DNA of 64,000 bases from an uncultured Victivallis sp. (GCA_964600895.1 CAZRKP010000005.1:118068-182067); one strand, 5' to 3'. Numbered from the stretch's first letter, positions 39,195 through 49,182 are shown. The notes: generated by a model from the sequence alone, not told the origin. A program made the numbers and translations.

Positions 39195-39620
39195 TTAAAA
39201 TTTTCTTATATCATCATCATTTGGAGATCCCATCTCGTCGAATTTCCTGTTCGGTCCTGCGGAAATTATCATCGGCCTCCCATCCTTATAATAAATTTTC
39301 ATGGGCGTTCCCCATTTGTCTAAACAGTTTCCGCTTTTATCGAGACTCAATCTATCAATCTCTCCTTTTTCAAAAATCTCTTTTATAATATCCTTATTCC
39401 CACCCTCAGGATACTTTCCTTGTTTCGCCCTGTAATTTTCAATTGCTATTTCTATTTTTGCATTCATAGCAGTTTGTTTTGATGGATGTCTATGAAATAT
39501 AATTTCATTAAAATAAACTAGGAACAAGAATATTAAGATAATCAAAGGAGGCGAATAAAGAAGTATCCTATAAAGTAGATCTTTCTCTTTCATGCTTAAC
39601 CTCTTCGTAGAGAAAGCCAA
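39195..39620 (-). CDS. GspG-like (type II secretion pseudopilin C-terminal domain) protein with a non-canonical N-terminal anchor
   Basis: 'ENYRAKQGKYPEGG...DKWGTPMKIYYKDGRPMIISAGPNRKFDEMGSPNDDDI' resembles the GspG globular domain. The N-terminus 'LLYRILLYSPPLIILIFLFLVYF' lacks the G-FTLIE motif. The start is TTG 39620 or ATG 39593. Confidence 0.55.
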   Translation of the reverse strand: MAFSTKRLSMKEKDLLYRILLYSPPLIILIFLFLVYFNEIIFHRHPSKQTAMNAKIEIAIENYRAKQGKYPEGGNKDIIKEIFEKGEIDRLSLDKSGNCLDKWGTPMKIYYKDGRPMIISAGPNRKFDEMGSPNDDDIRKF

Positions 39621-39645
39621 TACGATTCCACTTTAAATTTCTTAA

Positions 39646-39675
39646 CTCTGTGCCTTTGTGCCTCTGTGGCTGGCT
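39646..39675. repeat. CACAGAG-word repeat (GC-richer variant)
   Basis: 'ctctgtgcctttgtgcctctgtggctgg' is the reverse complement of 'ccagccacagaggcacaaaggcacagag'. It abuts the hisB stop. Confidence 0.6.
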
Positions 39676-39678
39676 ATC

Positions 39679-40275
39679 TTACAGCAAACCCTTTGTCGAG
39701 AGGACGCCGGAGATGCGGCTGTCGTATGACACCGCCTGGTCCAATGCTTTTGCAAACGCCTTGAACACGGCTTCAAAGGCGTGGTGTGCCTCTTCACCTT
39801 TCATGAGGTTTATGTGGAGATTCATTCCGGCCTTGACAGACAATGCCTGGAAGAACTCGTGGAATAGACGTGTGTCGATGTCCTTCACCTTCGCGGCTGG
39901 AGGAACAAGATCATAGACAAGATACGGCCTGCCGGAAAGATCGAGCGAGACCATCGCAAGCGCTTCGTCCATGGGAAGAATGCACCAGCCATAGCGGCGG
40001 ATACCTTTTTTGTCGCCTGCTGCCTTCGCGATCGCGTCACCCAGGACAATTCCAAGATCCTCTATGGTATGGTGGCAGTCTATCTGCAGGTCACCTTTTG
40101 CGCTGATGTCCAGATCGAACAGACCGTGCTTCGCGAAGAGCTCGAGCATGTGGTTGAGGAAAGGAATTCCTGTGGAGATGGAACTTTTCCCGTTGCCATC
40201 AAGATTAATCTCAACGGTGATGTTTGTCTCCTTCGTCTTCCTGACAATCTTCGCTGTACGCTTAGCATTTTTCAT
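39679..40275 (-). CDS. hisB: Imidazoleglycerol-phosphate dehydratase
   Basis: 'RKTKETNITVEINLDG...GIPFLNHMLELFAKHGLFDL...GDLQIDCHHTIEDLGIVLG...NLHINLMKGEEAHHAFEAVFKAFAKAL'. ATG 40275 gives the canonical length. Confidence 0.93.
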   Translation of the reverse strand: MKNAKRTAKIVRKTKETNITVEINLDGNGKSSISTGIPFLNHMLELFAKHGLFDLDISAKGDLQIDCHHTIEDLGIVLGDAIAKAAGDKKGIRRYGWCILPMDEALAMVSLDLSGRPYLVYDLVPPAAKVKDIDTRLFHEFFQALSVKAGMNLHINLMKGEEAHHAFEAVFKAFAKALDQAVSYDSRISGVLSTKGLL

Positions 40276-40301
40276 ATGACAACCACAATTATTTTTGTCC
40301 A

Positions 40302-41168
40302 TTAATATAAACCACGAATCACACGAATTACACGGAAGTTCAAATATTTTTTTTCTTTCATGAGGGAATCCTTCCCGTTCCTGTATTCGATCGGTGTGCA
40401 TCCGGTGATCTTCTTGAAGACGGTGCTGAAATAATTACCATTCCTGAATCCGCACATTCCAGCTATCTCCGAAATGGTCAATTCCTTATGGAGCCTCAGG
40501 AAGGTTTTCGCCTCATGCGCCCGTTTCCCATTCAGGAGGATCCGGAAAGTCTTGCCGGTAGTGCTGTGTATCCGTCCACTGAGATAATTTGGATTCACAC
40601 CCATTAGCGCCGCAAGATCCAGGAGGGAAACATCCTTGGCATATTTCTGGTCGATGAATGAATTGCACTGGGAGATGAAGTCCGAATCCTTGCGGTGTTT
40701 GAACAACTCCGGCTGTTCGAACGCCAGCAGCTCCAGTTCTGTCCTTATGAACTGGGAAGTAAATGACGCCCAACTGCGAAGCTCATTTTTCTTCATTGTC
40801 TCCACAGAACTTGCAACGGCTGTTCCACCTTTTACTTTTCCCTCTTCACGGATATGTCCAAGATATATTACTGCAGCAAGTTTCCCGGCATACATCACTG
40901 GCTGTGCAAGTTCCCAGACCCCGAACGGGCACACACCGCAGAATGATCTTCCCTTCTGCGAGATCAAGATGCTTCTTTTCTTGTTTTTCTGGCATGCCTT
41001 GAAATCTGAACCAAGTTTCATCTGCCTGCAGAAATCTCCGGAATGGATATGCTGGTCCGGATCCAGCTTCAGCCTGTCGGCAGTAAGGAAAGCCGGATGC
41101 AAGGTCTCGATGTTGACCACCGTCCCTGTCTTCCTTGCAATATACCTGAGTAATTTTGATAGCCTCAT
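40302..41168 (-). CDS. AraC family transcriptional regulator with an N-terminal PocR-like sensory domain
   Basis: The N-terminus 'FCRQM...CQKNKK...SFCGVCPFGVWELAQPVMYAGKLAAVIYLG' is PocR-like. The C-terminus 'LAALMGVNPNYLSGRIHSTTGKTF...EIAGMCGFRNGNYFSTVFKKITGCTPIEYR' is an AraC HTH. Confidence 0.8.
   Translation of the reverse strand: MRLSKLLRYIARKTGTVVNIETLHPAFLTADRLKLDPDQHIHSGDFCRQMKLGSDFKACQKNKKRSILISQKGRSFCGVCPFGVWELAQPVMYAGKLAAVIYLGHIREEGKVKGGTAVASSVETMKKNELRSWASFTSQFIRTELELLAFEQPELFKHRKDSDFISQCNSFIDQKYAKDVSLLDLAALMGVNPNYLSGRIHSTTGKTFRILLNGKRAHEAKTFLRLHKELTISEIAGMCGFRNGNYFSTVFKKITGCTPIEYRNGKDSLMKEKKYLNFRVIRVIRGLY
40307..40341. repeat. CACGAAT-word repeat (variant of the CACAGAA family)
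   Basis: 'ataaaccacgaatcacacgaattacacggaagttc'. It lies 32 nt upstream of the hisB ATG and forms the last codons of the upstream AraC ORF ('RVIRVIRGLY'). Confidence 0.6.
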
Positions 41169-41271
41169 ACGTTAAAACCTGAGATATTTAGAGACTTTTA
41201 CTGATATATTTAGATTTAAACATGATATACTTATATTATTGTTTCTTTTAAAATCAAAGGAGGAAATAGAT

Positions 41272-42576
41272 ATGAAGACTTATATGGAACCTTCAAAGAA
41301 CATCCCTGTTGTTGATGAAGTTGATGTGCTGGTCGCTGGTGGAGGCCCGGCCGGAATAGGTGCTGCGCTTGCGGCCGCACGCACCGGAGCCAAAACGCTT
41401 CTCATCGAGACGCAGAACTGTCTCGGTGGAATGGCAACTTCAGGAATGATGTCCCACTTCACAGGTTCCAAGGATTCTCCTCTATTCAAGGAAATAAGCG
41501 ACCGTTGCAGAAAAATGAAATGGTTCTGCGAAGATCTTGATGCTGTCGGGCCAAATACCATCAACCATGAAAAGTTGAAGTTGGTACTCTTCGATATGAT
41601 GGATGATGCCGGCGCCAAATACCAGCTCCATACCATGGTATCAGACGTGATAATGGAAGGAGATATGGTAAAAGGAGTGATAACTGAAAGCAAGTCAGGA
41701 CGTGAAGCGATCATGGCGAAGGTCGTTGTCGACTGCACCGGTGACGGAGATGTCGCATTCAAGGCCGGAGCTGCATTCATCAAGGGGCGAGAAAAGGACG
41801 GCAAGATGCAGCCGGTCACCCTCATGTTCAAGATAGGCGGGGTTGATCGCAGCCGCGCAGTATACCCCGGATCATTTGAAACTCTCGTAGAAACTCCAAA
41901 GGGCGAACTGCAGGCGTTGGCGCGCAATATCCTCCCTGCTCCCGCAGGACATGTGCTCCTGTATAAGTCGACAATTCCTGACCAGGTTGTCGTCAATATG
42001 ACAAACCTCACAGGTATCGACGGTTCGGACATCCGAGATCTGACAAAGGCCGAAACAATCTGCCAGCGCCAGATCCCCGAGATAATAAAATTCCTCCACG
42101 ATTATGTTCCAGGCTATGAAAAATGCTATCTGATAGCCGCTGCTTCAAATGTAGGTGTCAGGGAAACCCGTCATTTCAAGGGACTTTACACCATAAATGA
42201 AAACGACATTGTCGAGGCCAAGGTCTTCGACGACTGGATTGCCACGAGGAACTTCTTCAACTTCGACATTCATAATATCGAAGGTTCCGGCCTCGACGCC
42301 AACGGCGCCCAGCACAAGTTTAAGGCCCGCGGAGATTATACAATTCCATATCGTTGCTGTGTTCCGGAGAAGATTGATGGTCTCCTTTTTTCCGGACGCA
42401 ATATTTCAGGCACGCACAAGGCCCATTCAAATTTCAGGGTGATGTCCATCTGTCTGAACATAGGCCATGGTACAGGCGTCGCCGCAGCACTCGCGGCGAA
42501 AAAGAACATCCAGCCGCGCAAGGTCGATGTCAAGGAAATCCAGGAAATCCTCAAGAAACAAGGAATGCAGGTGTGA
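41272..42576 (+). CDS. FAD-dependent oxidoreductase
   Basis: 'VDVLVAGGGPAGIGAALAAARTGAKTLLIE...CLGGMATSG'. AGGAGG sits upstream of ATG 41272. Confidence 0.8.
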   Translation: MKTYMEPSKNIPVVDEVDVLVAGGGPAGIGAALAAARTGAKTLLIETQNCLGGMATSGMMSHFTGSKDSPLFKEISDRCRKMKWFCEDLDAVGPNTINHEKLKLVLFDMMDDAGAKYQLHTMVSDVIMEGDMVKGVITESKSGREAIMAKVVVDCTGDGDVAFKAGAAFIKGREKDGKMQPVTLMFKIGGVDRSRAVYPGSFETLVETPKGELQALARNILPAPAGHVLLYKSTIPDQVVVNMTNLTGIDGSDIRDLTKAETICQRQIPEIIKFLHDYVPGYEKCYLIAAASNVGVRETRHFKGLYTINENDIVEAKVFDDWIATRNFFNFDIHNIEGSGLDANGAQHKFKARGDYTIPYRCCVPEKIDGLLFSGRNISGTHKAHSNFRVMSICLNIGHGTGVAAALAAKKNIQPRKVDVKEIQEILKKQGMQV

Positions 42577-42627
42577 AAGCTAATATCTTATTGATTCAAA
42601 ACTGAGTCAGATTATCATACAGGCACT

Positions 42628-43824
42628 ATGAATTCAAAATCAGGATCGTCGGTAAAACTCTCGTTTGCTGGTGACATAATGTGCATAGGCAGACAGCTTG
42701 AAGCCTGCACTGTCGGGAGAGTTCATGATTTCACCCCGTTGTTTGCTGATGCAAAAGAACTTTTTTCCTGCAGCGACTATGTTGTCGGGAATTTTGAAAC
42801 TCCCGTCGCAGGTGAATCGTTCGGCTATACTTCTGAACGCTACTGTTTCAATAATCCTGAAGCCTTTGCGGAAACGGTACGCAACGCCGGATTCAATCTT
42901 GTATCAACTGCCAACAACCATTGCATGGACCGGAATGTTTCAGGTCTCTTCGCCACCCTTGACACATTGGACCATGTCTGTCTTGATCATATAGGGACAT
43001 ACAGGAGCCGTGAGGAGCGGGACAGATGCTTCATACGGGAAATAAATGGCATAAAGATCGGATTTCTGGCATATACCTATGGTACAAATGCCTTTGCGCA
43101 CCACATGTATCTTGAAGACAACCAGTTGTTTGCCGTAAATCTCTTCCAACCTCAGGAATGCAGGCCCGGTTCAATTCACCTCCTGGATCCCGTGGATCGG
43201 ATCGCCCAGCAGGTAGAAGATCTCTACCGCCCGGACAATCCAGTATTTCAAAAGGAGATCAGTCCATATCATGATCAGCTCAGAAGGGATCTTCGCACAC
43301 TCAGGGAAAATGGTGCCGAGTTCATTGTCCTGATCATGCACAGCGGCGGTCAATACAATAAAATGCCCGACCCGTATACTCTCAAACTGGTCGATATGAT
43401 ATTTGAGATGGGCGGTATAGACGCCATAATAGGGCATCACCCACACATAATACTTCCTTGCATGATGAAAAAGAATATTCCAGTCGCATATTCCATCGGC
43501 AATTTCATCGGGATGCCGAACACGGCACCGGACTGGGCAGCCGACTATGTCGATTATTCCGTGGTTGCGCATCTGCATCTGCAGAAGGGCAGCCCAGGAA
43601 AGATGCTGGATAAATTGACATTTTCCATAACAAAGTCAATACTACGTCCCAATGACGTAGCCTCAGTGATGCCCTTATGGAAATTGATCCGTGAGGCCTC
43701 CAATCCGGAACTCAGATCCAAGCTGCTGGATGACAACTGCAGAATGGTGAACCTGTTCCGTAATTCCTCCGACAGTGAAATCCCCCTTTGCGAGGAATAT
43801 GAATTTCAGCTGTATCCGTCATAA
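42628..43824 (+). CDS. CapA family protein (PGA_cap metallophosphatase-like)
   Basis: 'LSFAGDIMC', 'GNFETPV', 'STANNHCMD' and 'HSGGQY...GHHPH' are CapA-type motifs. Confidence 0.8.
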   Translation: MNSKSGSSVKLSFAGDIMCIGRQLEACTVGRVHDFTPLFADAKELFSCSDYVVGNFETPVAGESFGYTSERYCFNNPEAFAETVRNAGFNLVSTANNHCMDRNVSGLFATLDTLDHVCLDHIGTYRSREERDRCFIREINGIKIGFLAYTYGTNAFAHHMYLEDNQLFAVNLFQPQECRPGSIHLLDPVDRIAQQVEDLYRPDNPVFQKEISPYHDQLRRDLRTLRENGAEFIVLIMHSGGQYNKMPDPYTLKLVDMIFEMGGIDAIIGHHPHIILPCMMKKNIPVAYSIGNFIGMPNTAPDWAADYVDYSVVAHLHLQKGSPGKMLDKLTFSITKSILRPNDVASVMPLWKLIREASNPELRSKLLDDNCRMVNLFRNSSDSEIPLCEEYEFQLYPS

Positions 43825-43848
43825 TTCACAGAAAAGCCTGTAGGCAGA

Positions 43849-44319
43849 TCAGGCACGGAGGAAGAATGCCATGACGCTTGCGACATAGAATGATAGTCCT
43901 ATCACAAGAAAAACTATCTCCGCCACGTAAAAGCGCGTCTTCCGGTTCCTATAGGTGATAATTTCGGTCAGAGTTTCAAGTGGTGTTGCGGCTTTGAACT
44001 GCGTTGTCCAGCGGATGCCCAGCGTGCCGATAAGAGTAAGTATCATCGCAATTAGGACCAGCAGGATGCCGGCCGTCATGCTGTACCGGCTGAATGCACT
44101 GCTTTCGGCGATCTTCGGTCCGGAAAATCCCGTAATGGTGAGTGCGACCGTGCCTAGGGTAAGCAAAAGCTGGCTCCGGCCCTGGATAACGCCGAACTGT
44201 CCGTTCAGGAGATCAAGGCATCTTGTCATATCACCGGAATATATCCGAAGAAGCTCAGTAGCCTCTTCCGTTGCGGAGAACTGCTTGCCGGCATTTGCTG
44301 ATTCAGTTTTCGATTCCAT
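43849..44319 (-). CDS. Hypothetical membrane protein (3-4 TM)
   Basis: Hydrophobic segments 'LLLTLGTVALTITGF', 'MTAGILLVLIAMILTLIGTL' and 'FYVAEIVFLVIGLSFYVASVMAFF'. No family was recognised. Confidence 0.55.
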   Translation of the reverse strand: MESKTESANAGKQFSATEEATELLRIYSGDMTRCLDLLNGQFGVIQGRSQLLLTLGTVALTITGFSGPKIAESSAFSRYSMTAGILLVLIAMILTLIGTLGIRWTTQFKAATPLETLTEIITYRNRKTRFYVAEIVFLVIGLSFYVASVMAFFLRA

Positions 44320-44330
44320 AAGCTTTTACT

Positions 44331-45695
44331 TTACTGCTTGATATGCACTTTGACCATACGAGAATAAAGGGAATAGAAAGTAGCCTTGTTACGCGCGTCC
44401 GGCCATACAATACGGAAACTTCCATCGGAAGCCACATCTCCATAAACCTGATCCTGTCCCGGTGTCCGGGGCTGTCTGGGATTTTTTGGTTCAGTGGACG
44501 TCTCCTTCGATACTCTGGCAGGAGCGGTGAACGTATTACCGCCATCGGCTGAGGCTGTAAAGTATATGTCGAACTCATTGTTTCCTTCCTTCATGCTGTA
44601 ATACTGGACACCTACGACTCCATCTGCATTCACCATTACACTTGAAGAACCCGCTCCCCATCCGGATGGAGTTGAAGGAACAATTGCGCGTGGTTTGCTC
44701 CAGTTCATCCCGGCATCGTCTGATGTCGTTAGCATGAGATCTGCAGGTTTTCCCGGACGGCTCTGGGAATATGTCAGGTATACTCTCTGCCCCTTGCCCC
44801 ATTTTCCCGCCGCAAAACCGCCAAGACAGCTGGCATCTCCCGCACCGGCATCGTTTCCAATAGAATTCTTGCTGGCTATCTTGACCGGATTTCCAAATGT
44901 CTCACCACCATCTGTCGATCGAAGACAATAGATGTCCTTAAGACTGCCGGCATAGCCTCCTTTGGCATCGGCCAGCATCGTGTGAGATGTCATCATTGGT
45001 ATCAGCAGGGTCCCATCGGAGAGGATTACAGGGGCGAACACAAATCCCGTCTGTAACTTGCCGATGCCGGTTGGTTTCCATATGGAAATTCCCGGCTTGA
45101 GTTCAGGCGTCGCAACTTCGTATCCCGCAAGTGGAATGCTCAGCGACTTGAAGTTCGCACCTCCATCACGCGAACGTTCCAGTCCGAGTCCTCCTCCTGA
45201 GAACGGTCTTCCGGCGACATATATTGATCCCTTGAACGGGCTTTTCTCATTCCTGTCGCAGACAATGTGCGGATGATCTACGGCAACACTGAGGGACTTC
45301 TTGTCCTCCCAGGTCGCTCCGCCATCCTTTGAGCGCCGGTAACCGAGCTTATTGGACGCTGATTTATCTATGAAGGACCAATGCGCGGTTCCAGAAAGAT
45401 CGTATGCAACATCCGGATCCCCGCTTGCAGGCTGCTGTAGCATATTCCAGGTGGCACCTCCGTCGGCAGTATGAAACAGGATCGTCTCCTTTTCCGAATT
45501 GTTCTGTTTTGCGGTAATGCAGAACTCGAGAGGTTTCGAAGGATTGCAGCGCAGATCGGACTGGTAAAGGTTGCTGCCGGGTTTCCCAACTACGATCTCC
45601 TCGGACATAGTTATTTCCAGCTTGTCACCGGCAACACAGGCGAAGGTTCCGAGGAAACAGATAAGAAATAAAGCTGACAGGAATTTTGATTTCAT
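44331..45695 (-). CDS. BNR/Asp-box repeat protein (sialidase-like beta-propeller), lipoprotein-type signal
   Basis: Six SxDxGxTW-type boxes: 'TADGGATWN', 'SKDGGATWE', 'SRDGGANF', 'STDGGETF', 'SDDAGMNWS', 'SADGGNTF'. ATG 45695 gives the signal 'MKSKFLSALFLICFLGTFAC'. Confidence 0.8.
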   Translation of the reverse strand: MKSKFLSALFLICFLGTFACVAGDKLEITMSEEIVVGKPGSNLYQSDLRCNPSKPLEFCITAKQNNSEKETILFHTADGGATWNMLQQPASGDPDVAYDLSGTAHWSFIDKSASNKLGYRRSKDGGATWEDKKSLSVAVDHPHIVCDRNEKSPFKGSIYVAGRPFSGGGLGLERSRDGGANFKSLSIPLAGYEVATPELKPGISIWKPTGIGKLQTGFVFAPVILSDGTLLIPMMTSHTMLADAKGGYAGSLKDIYCLRSTDGGETFGNPVKIASKNSIGNDAGAGDASCLGGFAAGKWGKGQRVYLTYSQSRPGKPADLMLTTSDDAGMNWSKPRAIVPSTPSGWGAGSSSVMVNADGVVGVQYYSMKEGNNEFDIYFTASADGGNTFTAPARVSKETSTEPKNPRQPRTPGQDQVYGDVASDGSFRIVWPDARNKATFYSLYSRMVKVHIKQ

Positions 45696-45780
45696 GGTTG
45701 AGGTAAGATAGTCCGGATTAACAGGTGAATCAAGGCGTTCGGTACGCTTCATAACTTTTAGTTATTTTCAAAATAAATAA

Positions 45781-45809
45781 CTTTGTGCCTTAGTGTCTCT
45801 GTGGTTAGA
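45781..45809. repeat. CACAGAG-word repeat (GC-richer variant)
   Basis: 'ctttgtgccttagtgtctctgtggttaga' overlaps the purB stop codon and lies 29 nt upstream of the longest BNR ORF start. Confidence 0.6.
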
Positions 45810-47259
45810 CTGAAATGCTGCTCTTCTTCTTTTCGCCTTCGGCGAGGACGGCCTTATATTTCTTGAGGACCGGAGCAACCTCGTCTTTCAGGAAATCGTC
45901 CACCTGTTCCGGAGCGCGGCCGACGAATTTCCTCGGATCCATGATCTTGTCGATGTTCTTTGCGATCTTCGCAAAAAGCTTGTCTTTCTTGATGCGTTCA
46001 AGGAGATCGTTTGATTCTCCCAGTTCCTTGACCCTTCTTCCGGCCGCCATCGAATGCGTGCGGATCGCCTCGTGGAGTTCCTGTCGGTCCCCGCCGGCCT
46101 TCACTGCGGCCATGAGGATGTTTTCGGTGGCCATGAAGGGGAGTTCGCTCCTGACGCGGTTCTCGATGATCTTCGGCCAGACCTGTATCCCTTCTGCGAC
46201 ATTCGCAAGAACGGAGAGGATGATGTCTGTAGCGAGGAACGATTCTCCCAGGACTATCCTGCGGTTGGCAGAGTCATCAAGCGTCCTTTCGAACCACTGG
46301 CTGGCATGAGTGTTTGCGGGATTCGCAGTAAGGGAGATGACGTATCTCGCAAGCGAGCAAACCCTCTCGCAGCGCATCGGGTTGCGCTTGTACGCCATCG
46401 CGCTGGAACCGACCTGTTTTGACTCGAATGGCTCCTCAATTTCCTTCAGGTTCGCAAGCAGACGCAGGTCTCCGGCAAACTTGTAGGCTGTCTGGGCGAT
46501 TCCAGAAAGAACGGATATCACATAATAGTCGACTTTTCTCGTATATGTCTGTCCGCTGACCGGTATTGATTTTTCAAAACCCATTTCCTTGGTGACCAGT
46601 TCATTGAGCTTTCTGACCTTGGCGTGGTCGCCATTGAAAAGCTCAAGGAAACTGGCCTGTGTACCGGTAGTTCCTTTTACTCCCCTGAATGGAAGATGTT
46701 CAAGCTCATATTCGAGGCGCTCCAGATCGAGGAGCATGTCCTGGATGTAGAGTGTAAATCTTTTTCCGACTGTCGTTAGCTGGGCCGGCTGGTAGTGCGT
46801 GAACCCGAGGGTCGGCATGTCCTTGTACTGTTCAGCGATCTTTGCGAACTTCGCAATAGCCACCAGCAGGGCACGGCGGATGAGTTTCAGGCCGTCGCGC
46901 ATCTGGATGAGTTCAGTATTGTCAGTGACATAACAGCTTGTAGCTCCAAGGTGTATGATGGGTTTCGCCTTGGGACAGAGTTCCCCGAAGACGTGGATGT
47001 GGCTCATCACGTCGTGGCGTAGTTCCTTTTCCTTGGCGGTGGCGGCTTCGAAATCAATGTCGTCGAGATGGGCTGCCATCTGTTTGAGCTGCTCATCAGT
47101 TATGTCGAGTCCGAGCTTTTTTTCGTTCTTTGCGAGTACAAACCAGAGACGGCGCCAGGTGGAATGTTTTTTCTGGGCTGACCAGTTATAGCTCATTTCC
47201 TTGCTGGCATAGCGTGAAGTTAATGGATTTTCATAGATTTGGCAGTTCACCTTTTTCAC
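45805..47259 (-). CDS. purB: Adenylosuccinate lyase
   Basis: '[19 protein letters not shown]', '[12 protein letters not shown]' and '[15 protein letters not shown]' are fumarate-lyase/ADSL signatures. Confidence 0.95.
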   Translation of the reverse strand: MKKVNCQIYENPLTSRYASKEMSYNWSAQKKHSTWRRLWFVLAKNEKKLGLDITDEQLKQMAAHLDDIDFEAATAKEKELRHDVMSHIHVFGELCPKAKPIIHLGATSCYVTDNTELIQMRDGLKLIRRALLVAIAKFAKIAEQYKDMPTLGFTHYQPAQLTTVGKRFTLYIQDMLLDLERLEYELEHLPFRGVKGTTGTQASFLELFNGDHAKVRKLNELVTKEMGFEKSIPVSGQTYTRKVDYYVISVLSGIAQTAYKFAGDLRLLANLKEIEEPFESKQVGSSAMAYKRNPMRCERVCSLARYVISLTANPANTHASQWFERTLDDSANRRIVLGESFLATDIILSVLANVAEGIQVWPKIIENRVRSELPFMATENILMAAVKAGGDRQELHEAIRTHSMAAGRRVKELGESNDLLERIKKDKLFAKIAKNIDKIMDPRKFVGRAPEQVDDFLKDEVAPVLKKYKAVLAEGEKKKSSISV

Positions 47260-47363
47260 CCATAAATTTGATCAAATAAGTTGCAGGTTCAGTTAAAAAC
47301 AATAGATTATGGTTTGATTTTCCAATAATCCCTGTAAGTTATTCTTCAGGTAACAAATTCATA

Positions 47364-47750
47364 ATGATTGACAAGGACACAAAACAAAATAGCCTTTACG
47401 GCGTGATAATCAAGGTTGAGAACATCGATGTATGCAGGTCTTTTTACAGGGATGTTCTCGAACTTGGAGCACCGGTGATAGACAGCAATTTCTGGATTGA
47501 ATTCAAGCTCCAGGACGAGGTCTCACTTGTGCTTGAACAGGCCGCCGAAGGTGAAAAGCTTCCGCCCGGCCGCGACAGGATATCGTGGCTCTACCGCATC
47601 GAGGACATCGACGGCATGCTCGCAAAGCTGAAGGAGCACGGACACCAGCCGCACGCCGAGGATGAACGGCTTGGCTACAAGGTCTACCAGTTCCTGGATC
47701 CCGAAGGCAACCCCTTCTACCTCTACTCGGCCAAGGAAGACAAGAAATAA
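47364..47750 (+). CDS. VOC (glyoxalase/bleomycin-resistance) family protein
   Basis: 'IIKVENIDVCRSFYRDVLEL...FLDPEGNPFYLY'. Confidence 0.75.
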   Translation: MIDKDTKQNSLYGVIIKVENIDVCRSFYRDVLELGAPVIDSNFWIEFKLQDEVSLVLEQAAEGEKLPPGRDRISWLYRIEDIDGMLAKLKEHGHQPHAEDERLGYKVYQFLDPEGNPFYLYSAKEDKK

Positions 47751-47789
47751 AATTTTTCAGGCGAAAAATTTTATAAACTTTAGGACTCT

Positions 47790-48398
47790 ATGATATCCAT
47801 CATTGATTACGGCATGGGCAACCTTTCGAGCGTATACAAGGCGCTTAAGAAGCTTGGAGCCGATGTATCCATAACCGACAAGGTTCAGGAAATCAGAAAT
47901 TCAGAGGCACTTATCCTGCCGGGTGTCGGACATTTCGGCGATGGAATGAAGAATCTTAAGTCTTCCGGGATGTTCGAGATAATCAAGGAAGGGATTTCCT
48001 CCGGAAAGCCTTTCCTGGGGATTTGCCTGGGAATGCAGCTGCTGATGGATGAGAGCGAAGAAGCTCCGGGAGTTGCAGGGCTTGGTATTTTCAAGGGCAA
48101 GGTCGTCAAATTCCCGAAAAGCTCACTGAAAGTACCTCACATGGGATGGAATGACATTTCTGTAGTAAGGAAAAACCCTACTCTAAAAGGAATCCCGGAC
48201 AATACTTTTTTCTATTTTGTCCACTCCTACTATGTAAAACCAAAAAACGCCGATGTGATAGCTGCTACATGCACTTATGGAGTTGATTTCGCTGCCTGCC
48301 TGGGGAAAGACAATATCTTCGCCACCCAGTTCCACCCGGAAAAAAGCCAGGAAGCTGGCCTTCTGATATTGGAAAACTGGATTCACGGACTACAGTAA
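47790..48398 (+). CDS. hisH: Imidazole glycerol phosphate synthase, glutamine amidotransferase subunit
   Basis: 'ISIIDYGMGNLSSVYKAL...LILPGVGHFG...GKPFLGICLGMQLL...PHMGWN...FYFVHSY...QFHPEKS'. Confidence 0.95.
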   Translation: MISIIDYGMGNLSSVYKALKKLGADVSITDKVQEIRNSEALILPGVGHFGDGMKNLKSSGMFEIIKEGISSGKPFLGICLGMQLLMDESEEAPGVAGLGIFKGKVVKFPKSSLKVPHMGWNDISVVRKNPTLKGIPDNTFFYFVHSYYVKPKNADVIAATCTYGVDFAACLGKDNIFATQFHPEKSQEAGLLILENWIHGLQ

Positions 48399-48419
48399 GG
48401 CAGACACACTGGGGGATTT

Positions 48420-49175
48420 ATGACAGACATTAAAGATAGGACCTTGTTCACGGTTTTTCCTGCCATCGACATAAAGGATGGCAAATGCGTCAGGCTGATC
48501 CAGGGAAACTACGATAAGCAGATCACATACTCGGACAGCCCTTCATCACAGGCCGCACTTTGGGAAAAACAGGGAGCTCGTTTCCTGCACATTGTGGATC
48601 TTGACGGTGCCAAGCAAGGCCGTCCAATTAACCTCAAGACAGTCGAATCCATAACGAAGGCCATAAAGATCCCCTGTCAGCTCGGTGGTGGTATCAGGAC
48701 CATAGAAGATGCCGAACTCGCTTTCAATGCAGGCGTTGAAAGGATCATCATTGGCACGGCGGCCTGCGAAAATCCCGAGTTCGTTGAGGATCTGATCCTA
48801 AAATTTACTCATGAAAAAATAGTTATCGGCATCGACGCCAAGAATGGCAAAGCTTCAATCAGGGCCTGGATGAAGGACACCAACCTGAAAGCCACTGATC
48901 TTGCCGCGGAATTCGCAAAGAAGGGCGTCAACAGGTTTATCTATACTGACATTGCGACCGACGGAATGCTTTCCGGACCAAATTTTTCCGCGATAAGCGA
49001 ATTCAGCGATGCAGTTCCCGGCGCTAAGGTGATCGCTTCCGGAGGAGTCGCTTCGGCAAATGATGTAATCAAACTTCTCAATCTTGCAAAGAAGAACATC
49101 GAGGGAGTGATCGTCGGGAAGGCCCTCTACGACGGAAAACTTGTTCTCTCGGATCTGATGAAGCTCTTCAGATAA
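48420..49175 (+). CDS. hisA: 1-(5-phosphoribosyl)-5-[(5-phosphoribosylamino)methylideneamino]imidazole-4-carboxamide isomerase
   Basis: 'VFPAIDIKDGKCVRLIQGNY...LHIVDLDGAKQG...QLGGGIRT...IIGTAA...YTDIATDGMLSGPN...ASGGV'. Confidence 0.93.
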   Translation: MTDIKDRTLFTVFPAIDIKDGKCVRLIQGNYDKQITYSDSPSSQAALWEKQGARFLHIVDLDGAKQGRPINLKTVESITKAIKIPCQLGGGIRTIEDAELAFNAGVERIIIGTAACENPEFVEDLILKFTHEKIVIGIDAKNGKASIRAWMKDTNLKATDLAAEFAKKGVNRFIYTDIATDGMLSGPNFSAISEFSDAVPGAKVIASGGVASANDVIKLLNLAKKNIEGVIVGKALYDGKLVLSDLMKLFR

Positions 49176-49182
49176 CGGATTC

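Noticed and set aside
41280-42032. A 250-aa ORF antisense to the FAD-dependent oxidoreductase. Similar antisense ORFs occur at 37751-38323 in pckG and 62953-63684 in GH81.
   Set aside because: These are shadow ORFs inside genes with strong family signatures.
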